From Hydrurus foetidus (taxonomy: Eukaryota), in NCBI GenBank assembly GCA_900617105.1, contig UYFQ01000260.1, forward strand, positions 310,001 through 374,000: a stretch of 64,000 bases of DNA, given 5' to 3'. This document shows, in pieces, positions 1-10,180 of the stretch (position 1 is the stretch's first letter; every line of letters starts with the position of its first letter). The translations under genes were made by a program, and so were the position numbers. The notes under the pieces were generated by a model. That model saw only the letters and a list, made by a program, of their open reading frames with translations, had not been told where the DNA came from and did no database searches.

Positions 1-1
1 C

Positions 2-139
2 ATCCCCTGGCTGGAGGCCGCCGGCCTGAGCCTGGAAAACAATATCGCCCTGCCGCCGTCCTCGGCTCAGGGACTGACCGTCAAGATCTGGACGGCTCGC
101 CGTCCGGCCCAGCGGGCCGCGCAAAGGAGCGCCGCATGA
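2..139 (+). CDS. C-terminal fragment of an ArsR-family regulator/SAM-methyltransferase fusion (SahR-like), partial
   Basis: Open frame IPWLEAAGL...GLTVKIWTARR...AA*; stop overlaps the metF ATG (ATGA); usual position upstream of metF. Confidence 0.6.
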   Translation: MPWLEAAGLSLENNIALPPSSAQGLTVKIWTARRPAQRAAQRSAA

Positions 140-1094
140 CCCTTCCACCCACACGCCGCGTGATCGGTCCGGTGGCCCGCGCCGGCGAGCGCGGCCAGAG
201 CCAGGCCGGAGGGCGCCCCCGCGTCTCGTTCGAGTTCTTCCCGCCCAAGACCCCGGCGATGGAAGAGAGCCTGTGGCAGGCCATCACCCGCCTGGCTCCG
301 CTGGATCCGGCCTTCGTCTCGGTGACCTATGGAGCCGGCGGCTCGACCCGCGAGCGCACCCACCGCACGGTCAAGCGCATCCTGGACGAGACCAGCCTCA
401 AGCCCGCCGCCCACCTGACCTGCGTCGGAGCCAGCCGCGACGAGGTCGATGAGGTGATCCGCGAATACTGGGAGACTGGCGTTCGCCACATCGTCTCGCT
501 GCGGGGCGATCCTCCGCCCACAGAAGGCGGCATTGGCGGGGTCTATGTGCCGCGCGAGGATGGCTACGCCAACGCCACCGAACTGACCAAGGCCCTGCGC
601 GGCATCGCGCCGTTCGAGGTGCTGGTCGGTGTCTATCCCGAAAAGCATCCGGAAAGCCCGTCGCTGGAGCACGACATCGACGTGCTGAAGGCCAAGGTCG
701 ACGCCGGGGCGACCCTGGGCATCAGCCAGTTCTTCTTCGATATCGACGCCTTCCTGCGCTTCAACGACAGGGTGCGCGCCGCCGGCATCACCATTCCGAT
801 CGTGCCCGGGATCATGCCGGTGACCAATTTCAACGGCCTGAAAAAGATGTCCCAGGCTCGTCAGACGGCGGTGCCGAGCTGGCTGGCCAACCTGTTCGAA
901 GGGCTCGACAATGACGCCGAGACGCGTCGCCTGATCGCCTGCTCGGTGGCTGCCGAGATGTGCGCCAAGCTGCAGGAGCAGGGGTTCGAGGACTTCCACT
1001 TCTACACCTCAACCGCGCCGATCTGGTCTATGCGATCTGCCGGGTGCTGGGCGTGCGCGAGCGGGAAACCGCCCATTCGGAGGTTGCGGCATGA
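136..1094 (+). CDS. metF: 5,10-methylenetetrahydrofolate reductase (one indel near 1008)
   Basis: SFEFFPPK, VSVTYGAGG, AAHLTC, SQFFF; C-terminus FHFYT-LNRADLVYAIC continues in a shifted frame to TGA 1092-1094. Confidence 0.95.
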
Positions 1095-1960
1095 AGGTTC
1101 TGGCCCTGATCCTTTGCGGCGTGCTTTCGCTGGCCAGCGTCAGCGCCGCCCGCGCCGACGACTGGCCGCCGGCCGCCTGGATCAAGCCGACCAAGCCATA
1201 CCGCGTGGTCGGCAACACCTATTATGTCGGCTCAGAGGGGTTGTCTTCGTACCTGATCACCTCGTCGGCCGGACATGTGCTGCTGGATGCCGGCATGTCG
1301 GCGGACGGCGCCAAGCTGGTCGAGCGCAACATCGTCTCGCTGGGCTTCAAGCTGGCCGACGTGAAGATCCTGATCAACACCCACGCCCACTATGACCATG
1401 CCGGCGGCCTGGCCCAGGTGAAGGCCGACACCGGCGCCAGGCTCTATGCCTCGTCGCAGGACAAGCCGGCCCTGGAGCAGGGCCGTCACTTTGGCGACAA
1501 CGAAAACGGCCTGACGCCCTTTCCGGCCGTGAAGGTCGACCGCACCGTACGCGACGGCGAGAAGGTCACGCTGGGCGAGACCACGCTGATCGCCCACCTG
1601 ACGCCGGGCCATACCAGCGGCGGCACCACCTGGACCCTGGCGGTGACCGAGCGCGGCCGTCCCCTGAACGTGGTGTTCTTCAACTCGATCTCGGTGGCCG
1701 GCAACGCCCTGGTGGGCAACAGGACCTATCCGAGGATCGTGTCTGACTATCGCGCCACCTTCGCCAAGCTGAAGGTCATGCCGGCCGACGTCTTCCTGCC
1801 CGCCCATGAGGAGCAGGGCGACCTTCTGGCCAAGCGCCAGCGCGTGCTGCGCGGCGACAACAACGCCTTCATCGATCCGACCGAGCTGGGCCGCTTCGTC
1901 GCGGCTTCGGAAGCCGCGTTCAACAAGGAGCTGGCGCGCCAGCAGGGAGCGGCCAAATGA
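1091..1960 (+). CDS. Subclass B3 metallo-beta-lactamase (CAU-1-like), with signal peptide
   Basis: Signal peptide, GNTYYVG, THAHYDHAGG (HxHxDH), TPGHT, PAH. Confidence 0.9.
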   Translation: MKVLALILCGVLSLASVSAARADDWPPAAWIKPTKPYRVVGNTYYVGSEGLSSYLITSSAGHVLLDAGMSADGAKLVERNIVSLGFKLADVKILINTHAHYDHAGGLAQVKADTGARLYASSQDKPALEQGRHFGDNENGLTPFPAVKVDRTVRDGEKVTLGETTLIAHLTPGHTSGGTTWTLAVTERGRPLNVVFFNSISVAGNALVGNRTYPRIVSDYRATFAKLKVMPADVFLPAHEEQGDLLAKRQRVLRGDNNAFIDPTELGRFVAASEAAFNKELARQQGAAK

Positions 1961-3051
1961 CCGACCTTACGACCCGGGCCAATCTTTCTACGAGAGCGGG
2001 CCGCATCGCCGCCCTCAAGGCCGCTGCCAAAGAGCGCGTGCTGATCCTGGATGGCTCCTGGGGCGTGATGTTCCAGAAGAAGAAGCTGTCCGAGGCCGAC
2101 TACCGCGCCGAACGCTTCGCCGACTACGACGGCCAGATGAAGGGCAATAACGACGTCCTGTGCCTGACCCGCCCGACCTGGTGGCCGAGTTGCACGACGC
2201 CTATTTCGCGGCCGGCGCCGACATCTCCGAGACCAACACCTTTTCCGGCACCACCATCGCCCAGGCCGACTATCGGCTGGGCGAAAGGACGTCTGGGACA
2301 TCAATTACGAAGGCGCGCGCATCGGCCGTTCGGTCGCCGATCGCTGGCTGAAGGAGCATCCCGAAAAGCCGCGCTTCATCGCCGGCTCGATCGGGCCGCT
2401 GAACGTGATGCTGTCGATGTCGTCGGACGTGAATGATCCGGCGCGCGCAAGGTGACCTTCGACCAGGTCTACGAGGGCTATCGCCAGCAGGTCTCGGCCC
2501 TCTACGAGGGCGGCGTTGATCTCTTTTTGATCGAGACCATCACCGATACGCTCAACTGCAAGGCCGCGATCAAGGCGATCCTGGATCTGCGCGACGAGGG
2601 CCATGAAGAGCTGCCGATCTGGATCAGCGGCACCATCACCGACCGCTCGGGCCGCACCCTGTCGGGCCAGACGGCCGAGGCGTTCTGGAACTCGATCAAG
2701 CACTGCAAGCCGTTCGCCGTGGGCTTCAACTGCGCGCTGGGCGCCGACCTGATGCGCCCGCACATCGCCGAAATGGCCCGCATCGCCGACACCCTGGTCG
2801 CCGCCTATCCCAATGCCGGCCTGCCCAACGCCATGGGCGAGTATGACGAGGAGCCGCACCAGACCGGCCACGCCCTGCACCAATGGGCGTCGGACGGCCT
2901 GGTCAACATCCTCGGCGGCTGCTGCGGCACCACGCCGGACCACATCCGCCACGTGGCGCAGGCCGTCGCCGGCGTCACCCCGCGTCAGATCCCCGAGCGT
3001 CCCAAGGCCATGCGCCTGGCGGGCCTCGAACCCTTTGAACTGGTAGGCTGA
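1957..3051 (+). CDS. metH: Methionine synthase N-terminal module (homocysteine S-methyltransferase), several indels
   Basis: [35 protein letters not shown] across stitched ORFs. Confidence 0.9.
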
Positions 3052-3053
3052 GC

Positions 3054-3455
3054 ATGACCGCCTGGGCTCCCGGACCTTTCGACAACGAAGAAGCCGCCGA
3101 CTTCATCGAGGACCTCACCGAGGCCCCGGACTGGCGCATGGTCGTGACGCTGATGGAGCACGCCGCCAGTGTCAGCGGCTATCTGGAAGAGGCCGAGGCC
3201 GAGCTGGCGGTAGCCGCTGCGGCGGTGGTCGCCTCGTGCGTCGGGGCCGGCTCGGTGCTGCCCGACAGCCATGCCGACCTGAAAGCCACGATGGGCAAGC
3301 CGCCGGAAGGCGCCGCCAATCTGGCGCGCCGGGCCCTGGCCCGCGTGGTCGGCACGGCCTCAGAACTCGACGAAACCTGGCAGGAGGGCGATGACCACGA
3401 CGCGTGGCTCACCCAGATCGCCGGACTGCAATCCCTGTTGAACGGCCAATCATGA
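3054..3455 (+). CDS. DUF4259-like acidic protein
   Basis: N-terminal [17 protein letters not shown] and C-terminal SELDETW motifs. Confidence 0.75.
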   Translation: MTAWAPGPFDNEEAADFIEDLTEAPDWRMVVTLMEHAASVSGYLEEAEAELAVAAAAVVASCVGAGSVLPDSHADLKATMGKPPEGAANLARRALARVVGTASELDETWQEGDDHDAWLTQIAGLQSLLNGQS

Positions 3456-4667
3456 GACCCGTCTTCGTCAATATCGGTGAGCGCACCAACGTCACCGGCT
3501 CGGCCAAGTTCAAGAAGCTGGTCATCGAGGGCGACTATCCGGCCGCCCTGTCGGTCGCCCGCCAGCAGGTCGAGGCCGGGGCCCAGGTCATCGACGTCAA
3601 CATGGACGAGGGCCTGCTCGACTCCAGGCTGGCCATGGTCACCTACCTGAACCTGATGGCGGCCGAGCCCGACATCGCGCGGGTGCCGGTGATGATCGAC
3701 AGCTCCAAGTGGGAGGTGATCGAGGCCGGCCTGAAGTGCGTGCAGGGCAAGGCCATCGTCAATTCGATCTCCATGAAGGAGGGCGAAGAGAGTTCATCGA
3801 GCAGGCCAAGCTGTGCGCGCTATGGCGCTGCCGTGGTGGTCATGGCCTTTGACGAGAGTGGGCCAGGCCGACACCGCCGCCCGCAAGATCGAGATCTGCG
3901 AGAAGGCCTATCGCATCCTGGTCGACAAGGTGGGCTTCCCGCCGGAAGACATCATCTTCGACCCCAACATCTTCGCCGTGGCGACGGGGATCGAGGAGCA
4001 CGACAACTACGCCGTCGACTTCATCGAGGGCACGCGCGAGATCAAGAAGCGCTGCCCCTATGCCCGGATCTCGGGCGGGGTGTCGAACGTCTCGTTCAGC
4101 TTCCGCGGCAACGAGCCCGTGCGCCGGGCGATCCACTCGGTGTTCCTGTACCACGCCATCGCGGCGGGCATGGACATGGGCATCGTCAATGCCGGCGACC
4201 TGCCGGTCTATGACACCCTGGATCCCGAGCTGCGCGAGGCCGTCGAGGACGTGATCCTCAACCGCCCGCAGCGGACCAATGTCTCCAACACCGAGCGCCT
4301 GGTCGATCTGGCCCCGAAGTACAAGGGCGACAAGAGCCAGGTCCAGACCGCCAATCTGGAATGGCGCAAGGGCAGCGTGGGCGAGCGCATCACCCACGCC
4401 CTGGTCAACGGCATCACCGAGTTCATCAACGAGGACACCGAGGAGGCCCGCCTGTCGGTCGAGCGGCCGCTGCACGTCATCGAAGGCCATCTGATGGACG
4501 GCATGAACGTGGTCGGCGACCTGTTCGGCTCGGGCAAGATGTTCCTGCCGCAGGTGGTCAAGTCGGCCCGCGTGATGAAGCAGGCCGTGGCCTGGCTTGA
4601 GCCGTTCATGGAGGCCGAGAAGGCCGGCAAGCCGCGCGAGCAGGCCGGCCGCATCCTGATGGCGACC

Positions 4668-4719
<52 letters not shown>

Positions 4720-5678
4720 AGTGTAACAATTACGAGGTCATCGACCTGGGCGTGATGGTCCCGGCCGACCGCATTCTCGACGAGGCCAAAAAGCATAACG
4801 TCGACATGATCGGCCTGTCTGGCCTGATCACGCCGTCGCTGGACGAGATGGTGTTCGTGGCCTCCGAGATGGAGCGCCAGGGCTTCACCATCCCGCTGCT
4901 GATCGGCGGCGCCACCACCAGCCGCACCCACACGGCGGTCAAGATCGAGCCGGCCTATTCCAAGGGCTCAACCACCTATGTGCTGGACGCCAGCCGCGCG
5001 GTGGGCGTGGTCTCGGGCCTGCTGTCGGCCTCCGAGCGCGACCGGCTGCAGGCCGAGACGCGCGCCGAATATATCCGCATCCGTGAGCAATATGCGCGGG
5101 GTCTGACCGCCAAGGCCCGCACCGGCATCGCCGAGGCCCGCCAGAAGAAGTTCGCCATCGACTGGGACGGCTACACGCCGCCCAAGCCGGCCTTTATCGG
5201 CACGCGCGCGTTCGAGCCGACCCTGGCCGAGCTGGTGCCGTTCATCGACTGGTCACCGTTCTTCGCCAGCTGGGAGCTGATCGGCCGCTTCCCGCAGATC
5301 CTGGAAGACGACGTGGTCGGCGAGGCCGCCACAGAGCTCTATGCCGAAGCCCGCGAGATGCTCGACACGGTGGTCGCCGAAAAGTGGTTCGGGGCCAAGG
5401 GCGTGATCGGCTTCTGGCCGGCCCAGGCCCAGGGTGACGACATCGTTCTCTATACGGACGACACCCGCACCGTGGAGCTGTCGCGCCTGCACACCCTGCG
5501 CCAGCAGATGGACAAGGGCGCTGGAAAGACCAATGCCGCCCTGGCCGACTTCGTCGCGCCGATCGGGCAGGGGCCCGACTATATCGGCGCCTTCGCCGTC
5601 ACCGCCGGCCATGGCGAGGACGAGATCGTCAAGCGCTTCAAGGACGCCGGCGACGACTACAGCGCCATCATGGCCTCG

Positions 5679-5714
<36 letters not shown>

Positions 5715-6116
5715 TGGCTGCACTACAAGGCCCGCGTCGAGCTATGGGGTTACGCCCCGACGAGGCCGCCGACGCCGACGTGATGATCGCCGAGAAGTAC
5801 CAGGGCATCCGTCCGGCCCCCGGCTATCCGGCCCAGCCCGACCACACCGAAAAGGGCACGCTGTTCACATTGCTGGACGCGACCGAGCAGACCGGCATGA
5901 TCCTGACCGAAAGCTACGCCATGAGCCCCGGCGCGCGGTCAGCGCCTCTATTTCAGCCACCCGAAGTCGCACTATTTCGGCGTCGGCAAGGTGGATCTGG
6001 ACCAGGTCGAGGACTATGCCGGCCGCAAGGGCTGGGACCTGGCCAAGGCCGAGAAATGGCTGGCCCCGATCCTCAACTACGATCCCGGAGCGAGGGCGCG
6101 GGAAGCGGCGGCTTAA
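3452..6116 (+). CDS. metH: B12-dependent methionine synthase, pterin/cobalamin/activation module (indels)
   Basis: [21 protein letters not shown]12 motif, GIRPAPGYP; stop TAA 6114-6116. Confidence 0.95.
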
Positions 6117-6182
6117 CTATCCCTATGCGTGCATTTGCGGTTTGAGCTACCGTGGCCATTCGTGACTCGCGGAGCGCTCATT

Positions 6183-6413
6183 GTGCCGACGGTTCGCGTT
6201 GGCGGCTACCGGTTCTATTTCTACAGTCATGAGCCAAACGAGCCGCCGTGCACATCGACAAGGCCGACTTGTCGCTCAAGGTCTGGTTGAGGCCTGTCGC
6301 TTGGCGCGCAACCTGGCTTCGCGCCCATGAGCTGAATGTTATCCTCACTCTCGTGCGAAAGCACGAAACGGCTGCCGGAGGCTTGGCATGAGTATTTTGG
6401 CGACCGCCGCTGA
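6183..6413 (+). CDS. DUF4160-family protein (putative toxin), many indels
   Basis: Hand translation: MPTV-RVGGYRFYFYSHEPNEPP-HID...AWHEYFG; not in the ORF track. Confidence 0.7.
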
Positions 6414-6645
6414 TGAACGCGTAGCTGACGTGCGCTGTGACGACGCGCGTTCGTCGATCTGATGGATGGCCGTACAATCGCCGTCCCGCTGTCCTGGTAT
6501 CCGCGTTTTTGCCGCGACGCCGGAGCAGCGCGCCAGATGGAAATCGCCGGCGGTGGTTACGGAATCCACTGGCCCGATATCGATGAACCTCAGCACCGAG
6601 GGCCTGCTTCGCGGCGCGGCCGCGTCGAAGATCGCCGCTCCTTAA
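6388..6645 (+). CDS. DUF2442-family protein (putative antitoxin), indels
   Basis: DLMDGRTIAVPLSWYPR...GGGYGIHWPDIDE-LSTEGLLRG. Confidence 0.8.
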
Positions 6646-6659
6646 ACCCGTCGACCGAG

Positions 6660-7195
6660 AGCTATTCATCGATCGCTTCGTCGTCATTTCCGGCTGTTCT
6701 GGCGGCGGCAAGTCCACCTTGCTCGCCGAACTTCGCCGGCGCGGGCATGCCGTGGTCGAGGAACCCGGTCGTCGGATTGTCGCGGACGAGCTTGCGGGCG
6801 ATGGCGCGGCCTTGCCATGGGTTGATCCGACCGCCTTCGCTCGTCGCGCTATCGCCATGGCGCTGGAAGATCGCGCGGCCGCGCCTGCCGACGGCTGGGT
6901 GTTCTTCGATCGAGGCCTGATCGACGCCGCCGTGGCGCTCGAGCATCTGACAGGTGAACGCGCTGTCGAAGCGCTGGGGCGCCCACCGCTATCATCGGAG
7001 GGTGTTTCTGGCGCCGCCCTGGCCAGAGATCCATGTCGTGGACCGTGAGCGGCGGCACGGCCTGGACGAGGCCGTTGCTGAGTATGAGAGGCTTCAGATG
7101 GCCTATCCGGCGTTGGGCTATGATGTCCTGGTCTTGCCCAAGGCGAGCGTCGCGGGCGAGCCGACTACCTTCTCGGGACACTGGATGTTCCGTAG
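6660..7195 (+). CDS. AAA_28-like P-loop ATPase/kinase (indels; start approximate)
   Basis: FVVISGCSGGGKSTLL Walker A, VEEPGRRIV, FFDRGLID, FLAPPWPEI. Confidence 0.8.
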
Positions 7196-7223
7196 AGAAG
7201 CCTGCAGTCGGACCCTCAGGCCC

Positions 7224-7571
7224 TCAAGCCCCCTCGATCTCCCGCGTCGCCGCCTCGCGCAGCTTCTCCTCCGTCCAGCCTGCCAGGCTCTTGCCCGCCC
7301 GTTCCGCCGCCAGGGCGGCGCGGGCGTGGACGACGGGGTCGACGCGGACCATGATCTGGCCGGAATAGGGCTTTTCGGGCTTCTTGCCGGCCTTGGCGCA
7401 GGTGTCGATGTAGTCGGCGACGGCTTCGTGGAAGGCCGCCTTCAGGCCGCTGACGGTGTCGGCGTGGAAGCTGATGATGTCGGTGATCCCGGCCAGGCGA
7501 CCGACGAAGATCTCGTCCTCGTCGTCGAATGCGACCCGGGCCATGTAGCCGTTGTGCTTCAGGACGTTCAT
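7224..7571 (-). CDS. hicB: HicB-family antitoxin
   Basis: ISFHADTV..LKAAFHEAVADYIDTC, KPEKPYSG, C-terminal RHH-like segment. Confidence 0.9.
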   Translation of the reverse strand: MNVLKHNGYMARVAFDDEDEIFVGRLAGITDIISFHADTVSGLKAAFHEAVADYIDTCAKAGKKPEKPYSGQIMVRVDPVVHARAALAAERAGKSLAGWTEEKLREAATREIEGA

Positions 7572-7760
7572 GGCCTCACTCCAATCGCTGAAAGGAACGC
7601 GCGAGCGTCCTTGACCTGATACCGCTTGGCGTCCTTGTCCGGATGGGGTCGGTGGAAGCGGGCGATGACGCCGTTGCACTCGAACCGAACCGCGGACCCC
7701 GAGCCTTCGATCACCCTGGCGCCGGCGCTGACAAGCAGGCTTTCAATGTCCGCCGTTGCG
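7568..7760 (-). pseudogene. hicA: HicA-family toxin, N-terminus apparently missing
   Basis: DIESLL..GA.VIEGSGS.VRF...FHRPHP.KDAKRYQV; no recognisable N-terminal helix or convincing start. Confidence 0.6.
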
Positions 7761-7859
7761 TTCCGCCTCTGATCTTCGCCGCAATGGTTGACCGCCTTGG
7801 CAAATCCCGCAAGGGTTGCTCGCTCGCAACAGTTGCGAGCGGGGGCTTCGGGGGATTTC

Positions 7860-8933
7860 ATGGATGGCGCTCAATCGCCCGTGAAGGGCGAGACTCTGAC
7901 GTTTGGCCATACGATCAAGCCGGGGTCGTTCATCGGCCTCAGCCTGAAAAACGGCCTGCTCAATATCATCACCCTGACGCTCTACCGGTTCTGGGGAAAG
8001 ACCGAGGTGCGCCGCCGGGTCTGGTCGCACATCACGCTGAACAACGAGCCCTTCGAATATACCGGCAAGGGCAGGGAGCTGTTCCTGGGTTTCCTGATCG
8101 CGCTGCTGGCTCTGGGCCTCCCCTATCTGGCGCTGATCCTGGCGATCCAGTTCGTCAGCCCGATGTTCACCCTGCTGATGCTGCCGCTCTATATCGCGAT
8201 CATCGTGCTGATCGGCGCGGCGATCTTCATGACCTATCGCTACATGGCCAGCCGCACGGTGTGGCGCGGCGTGCGGTTCCAGCTGCGAGGCTCGGCCAAC
8301 AAGTTCGGCTGGTCCTATCTGGGCTATACCCTGCTCGTCATGATCACCCTGGGCTGGTACGCGCCGGCCATGTCGATACGCATCGCCGAGAAGCTGTGGG
8401 GCGGCATGTCGTACGGAGACCAGAAACTCCGCTGGGAGCGATCGCACGCGGAAGGACTCTACGGACCGTTCGCGCTCGCCTGGGTGGCGGGAATCATCGG
8501 CTATGGTGTGCTCATCGCCGCCATCGTACCGCCCATGATCGCGTCGATGCAGGCCGGGACCGAGCCGGGCGTGGCGCGGTTCCTGCTGATCTATGGCTAT
8601 GCGTTTATCTATGCGCTGTTCGTCATGTTGGCCTCGGCGGCCTATCACGCGGTCCTGATGCGGACCATCGCGCGCTCGATCCGGCTGGGGGAGGCGCGTT
8701 TTGCCTTGAACGTGAAGGCGGGCGCGCTGATCGGCCTGACGCTGACCAACCTGCTGCTGACGATCTTCACCCTGGGTTTCCTGACGCCGGTTGTGGTGGC
8801 GCGGACGACCAAGTTCCTGATCTCCCGGCTGTCCAGCACCGGCGAGGCGCCTCTGGCCGACGCGATGCAGGCCCCGCGTGGACCCAAGACCGGCGAAGGC
8901 CTGGCCGATGCCTTCGATGTCTCTCCGTTCTGA
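7860..8933 (+). CDS. YjgN/DUF898 inner-membrane protein
   Basis: LLNIITLTLYRFWGK, FEYTGKGRELF, multiple TM helices. Confidence 0.9.
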   Translation: MDGAQSPVKGETLTFGHTIKPGSFIGLSLKNGLLNIITLTLYRFWGKTEVRRRVWSHITLNNEPFEYTGKGRELFLGFLIALLALGLPYLALILAIQFVSPMFTLLMLPLYIAIIVLIGAAIFMTYRYMASRTVWRGVRFQLRGSANKFGWSYLGYTLLVMITLGWYAPAMSIRIAEKLWGGMSYGDQKLRWERSHAEGLYGPFALAWVAGIIGYGVLIAAIVPPMIASMQAGTEPGVARFLLIYGYAFIYALFVMLASAAYHAVLMRTIARSIRLGEARFALNVKAGALIGLTLTNLLLTIFTLGFLTPVVVARTTKFLISRLSSTGEAPLADAMQAPRGPKTGEGLADAFDVSPF

Positions 8934-10005
8934 CGTGGAGGGTCTGCTCTATGACGGCCAGACGTCCCGTCCCTGGCGGGTAGAGGTCAGCCTGGAGGCC
9001 GGCCGGGTCACCGCCCGGGCGCTGGACGATCCCGGCGTCGGGATCGACTGGCCGCTGGACGAGGTGCGGGAAACGGCTCATTCCGCCGGCCGCTATCGCC
9101 TGACCCGCGGTGATGACGACGCGCGGCTGATCGTCGAGAGCGAGGCTTGGCGCACCTTGTCCAGGCGCTCGGAAACCGCGATCGCGCGGCGCGAGCGCGG
9201 CGCCGAGTGGACGCTGATCGCCGGACTGGTCGGGGCGGGCGCGACCTTCGCGGCGATTGTCTTCATCGGCGTGCCCTTGGCCGCCGGTCCTTTGGCCCGC
9301 AGGACCCCGCCCAAGCTGGAGGCCCGGTTTGGCTCGAACATGGAAGTCCAGCTCAAGGTCGCGTTCCGGCCCTGCAAGGGCGACCGGCGCGGGGCGGCGA
9401 TCCTGTCAGACCTGGGCGATCGCCTGGCGGAAGGCTCGGATTCGGCGTTCGACATCAGGGTGCAGGCGGTGAGGGCGCCGTTCGTCAACGCCTTCGCCCT
9501 GCCGGGCGGAGCGATCCTGGTCACCGACGACCTGATCGCCCAGGCCCGCACGCCCGACGAGCTGGCGGCGGTGGTCGCCCACGAGATCGCTCACGTCGAG
9601 CGTCGTCACGCCATGCAGGCGGCCTGGCGCTCCATGGGGGCGGGGCTGTTGCTGGACGCCGTCGTCGGCGGCGGTACGGGCGCTGGTCAGCAGACTGTGC
9701 TTCTGGCCGGCGGCTTCGCCGACCAGAGGTTCAGCCGCGATCTCGAGACCGAAGCCGATGCGCGGGCCATCGAGCTGTTGCGGGCTCGGAATATCTCGAC
9801 CCGGGGCATGGCGGACTTCTTCGGGCGGATGGCCAATCGCCAGGATGATCCCCGATTGCGTCGCGCCGCCGAATGGTTTGCGACCCATCCCGACACGGCT
9901 GGGCGCGCCAGCCGCGCGGCGGCGGCGGCCTTGCCCGGAACGCCGGCGCTTTCCGAGAACGACTGGCGCCGGGTGAAGGCGGCCTGCCAGGTGGTGGGAC
10001 GCTAG
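8917..10005 (+). CDS. M48-family zinc metallopeptidase
   Basis: VNAFALPGG, AHEIAH (HExxH), E-x-EAD, THP. Confidence 0.9.
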   Translation: MSLRSDVEGLLYDGQTSRPWRVEVSLEAGRVTARALDDPGVGIDWPLDEVRETAHSAGRYRLTRGDDDARLIVESEAWRTLSRRSETAIARRERGAEWTLIAGLVGAGATFAAIVFIGVPLAAGPLARRTPPKLEARFGSNMEVQLKVAFRPCKGDRRGAAILSDLGDRLAEGSDSAFDIRVQAVRAPFVNAFALPGGAILVTDDLIAQARTPDELAAVVAHEIAHVERRHAMQAAWRSMGAGLLLDAVVGGGTGAGQQTVLLAGGFADQRFSRDLETEADARAIELLRARNISTRGMADFFGRMANRQDDPRLRRAAEWFATHPDTAGRASRAAAAALPGTPALSENDWRRVKAACQVVGR

Positions 10006-10180
10006 CGCGAAGCAGGCCTCGCCCACCGTCCGGGGCAAAAACGTCACTCGTCCGACCCCAAATCGGACATTCGACCCATGCCGCATAACGATGTGTGACA
10101 AAACATCCAAAAAATCGCCCCAGTAAGGGATTCAGCAACGGGTCGCGTGGACTGATGCGCCTGTCTGTTGGGACGAGCGT

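Noticed and set aside
136..1395. C-terminally extended 419-aa MetF
   Set aside because: The conserved MetF tail continues in another frame and stops at 1094.
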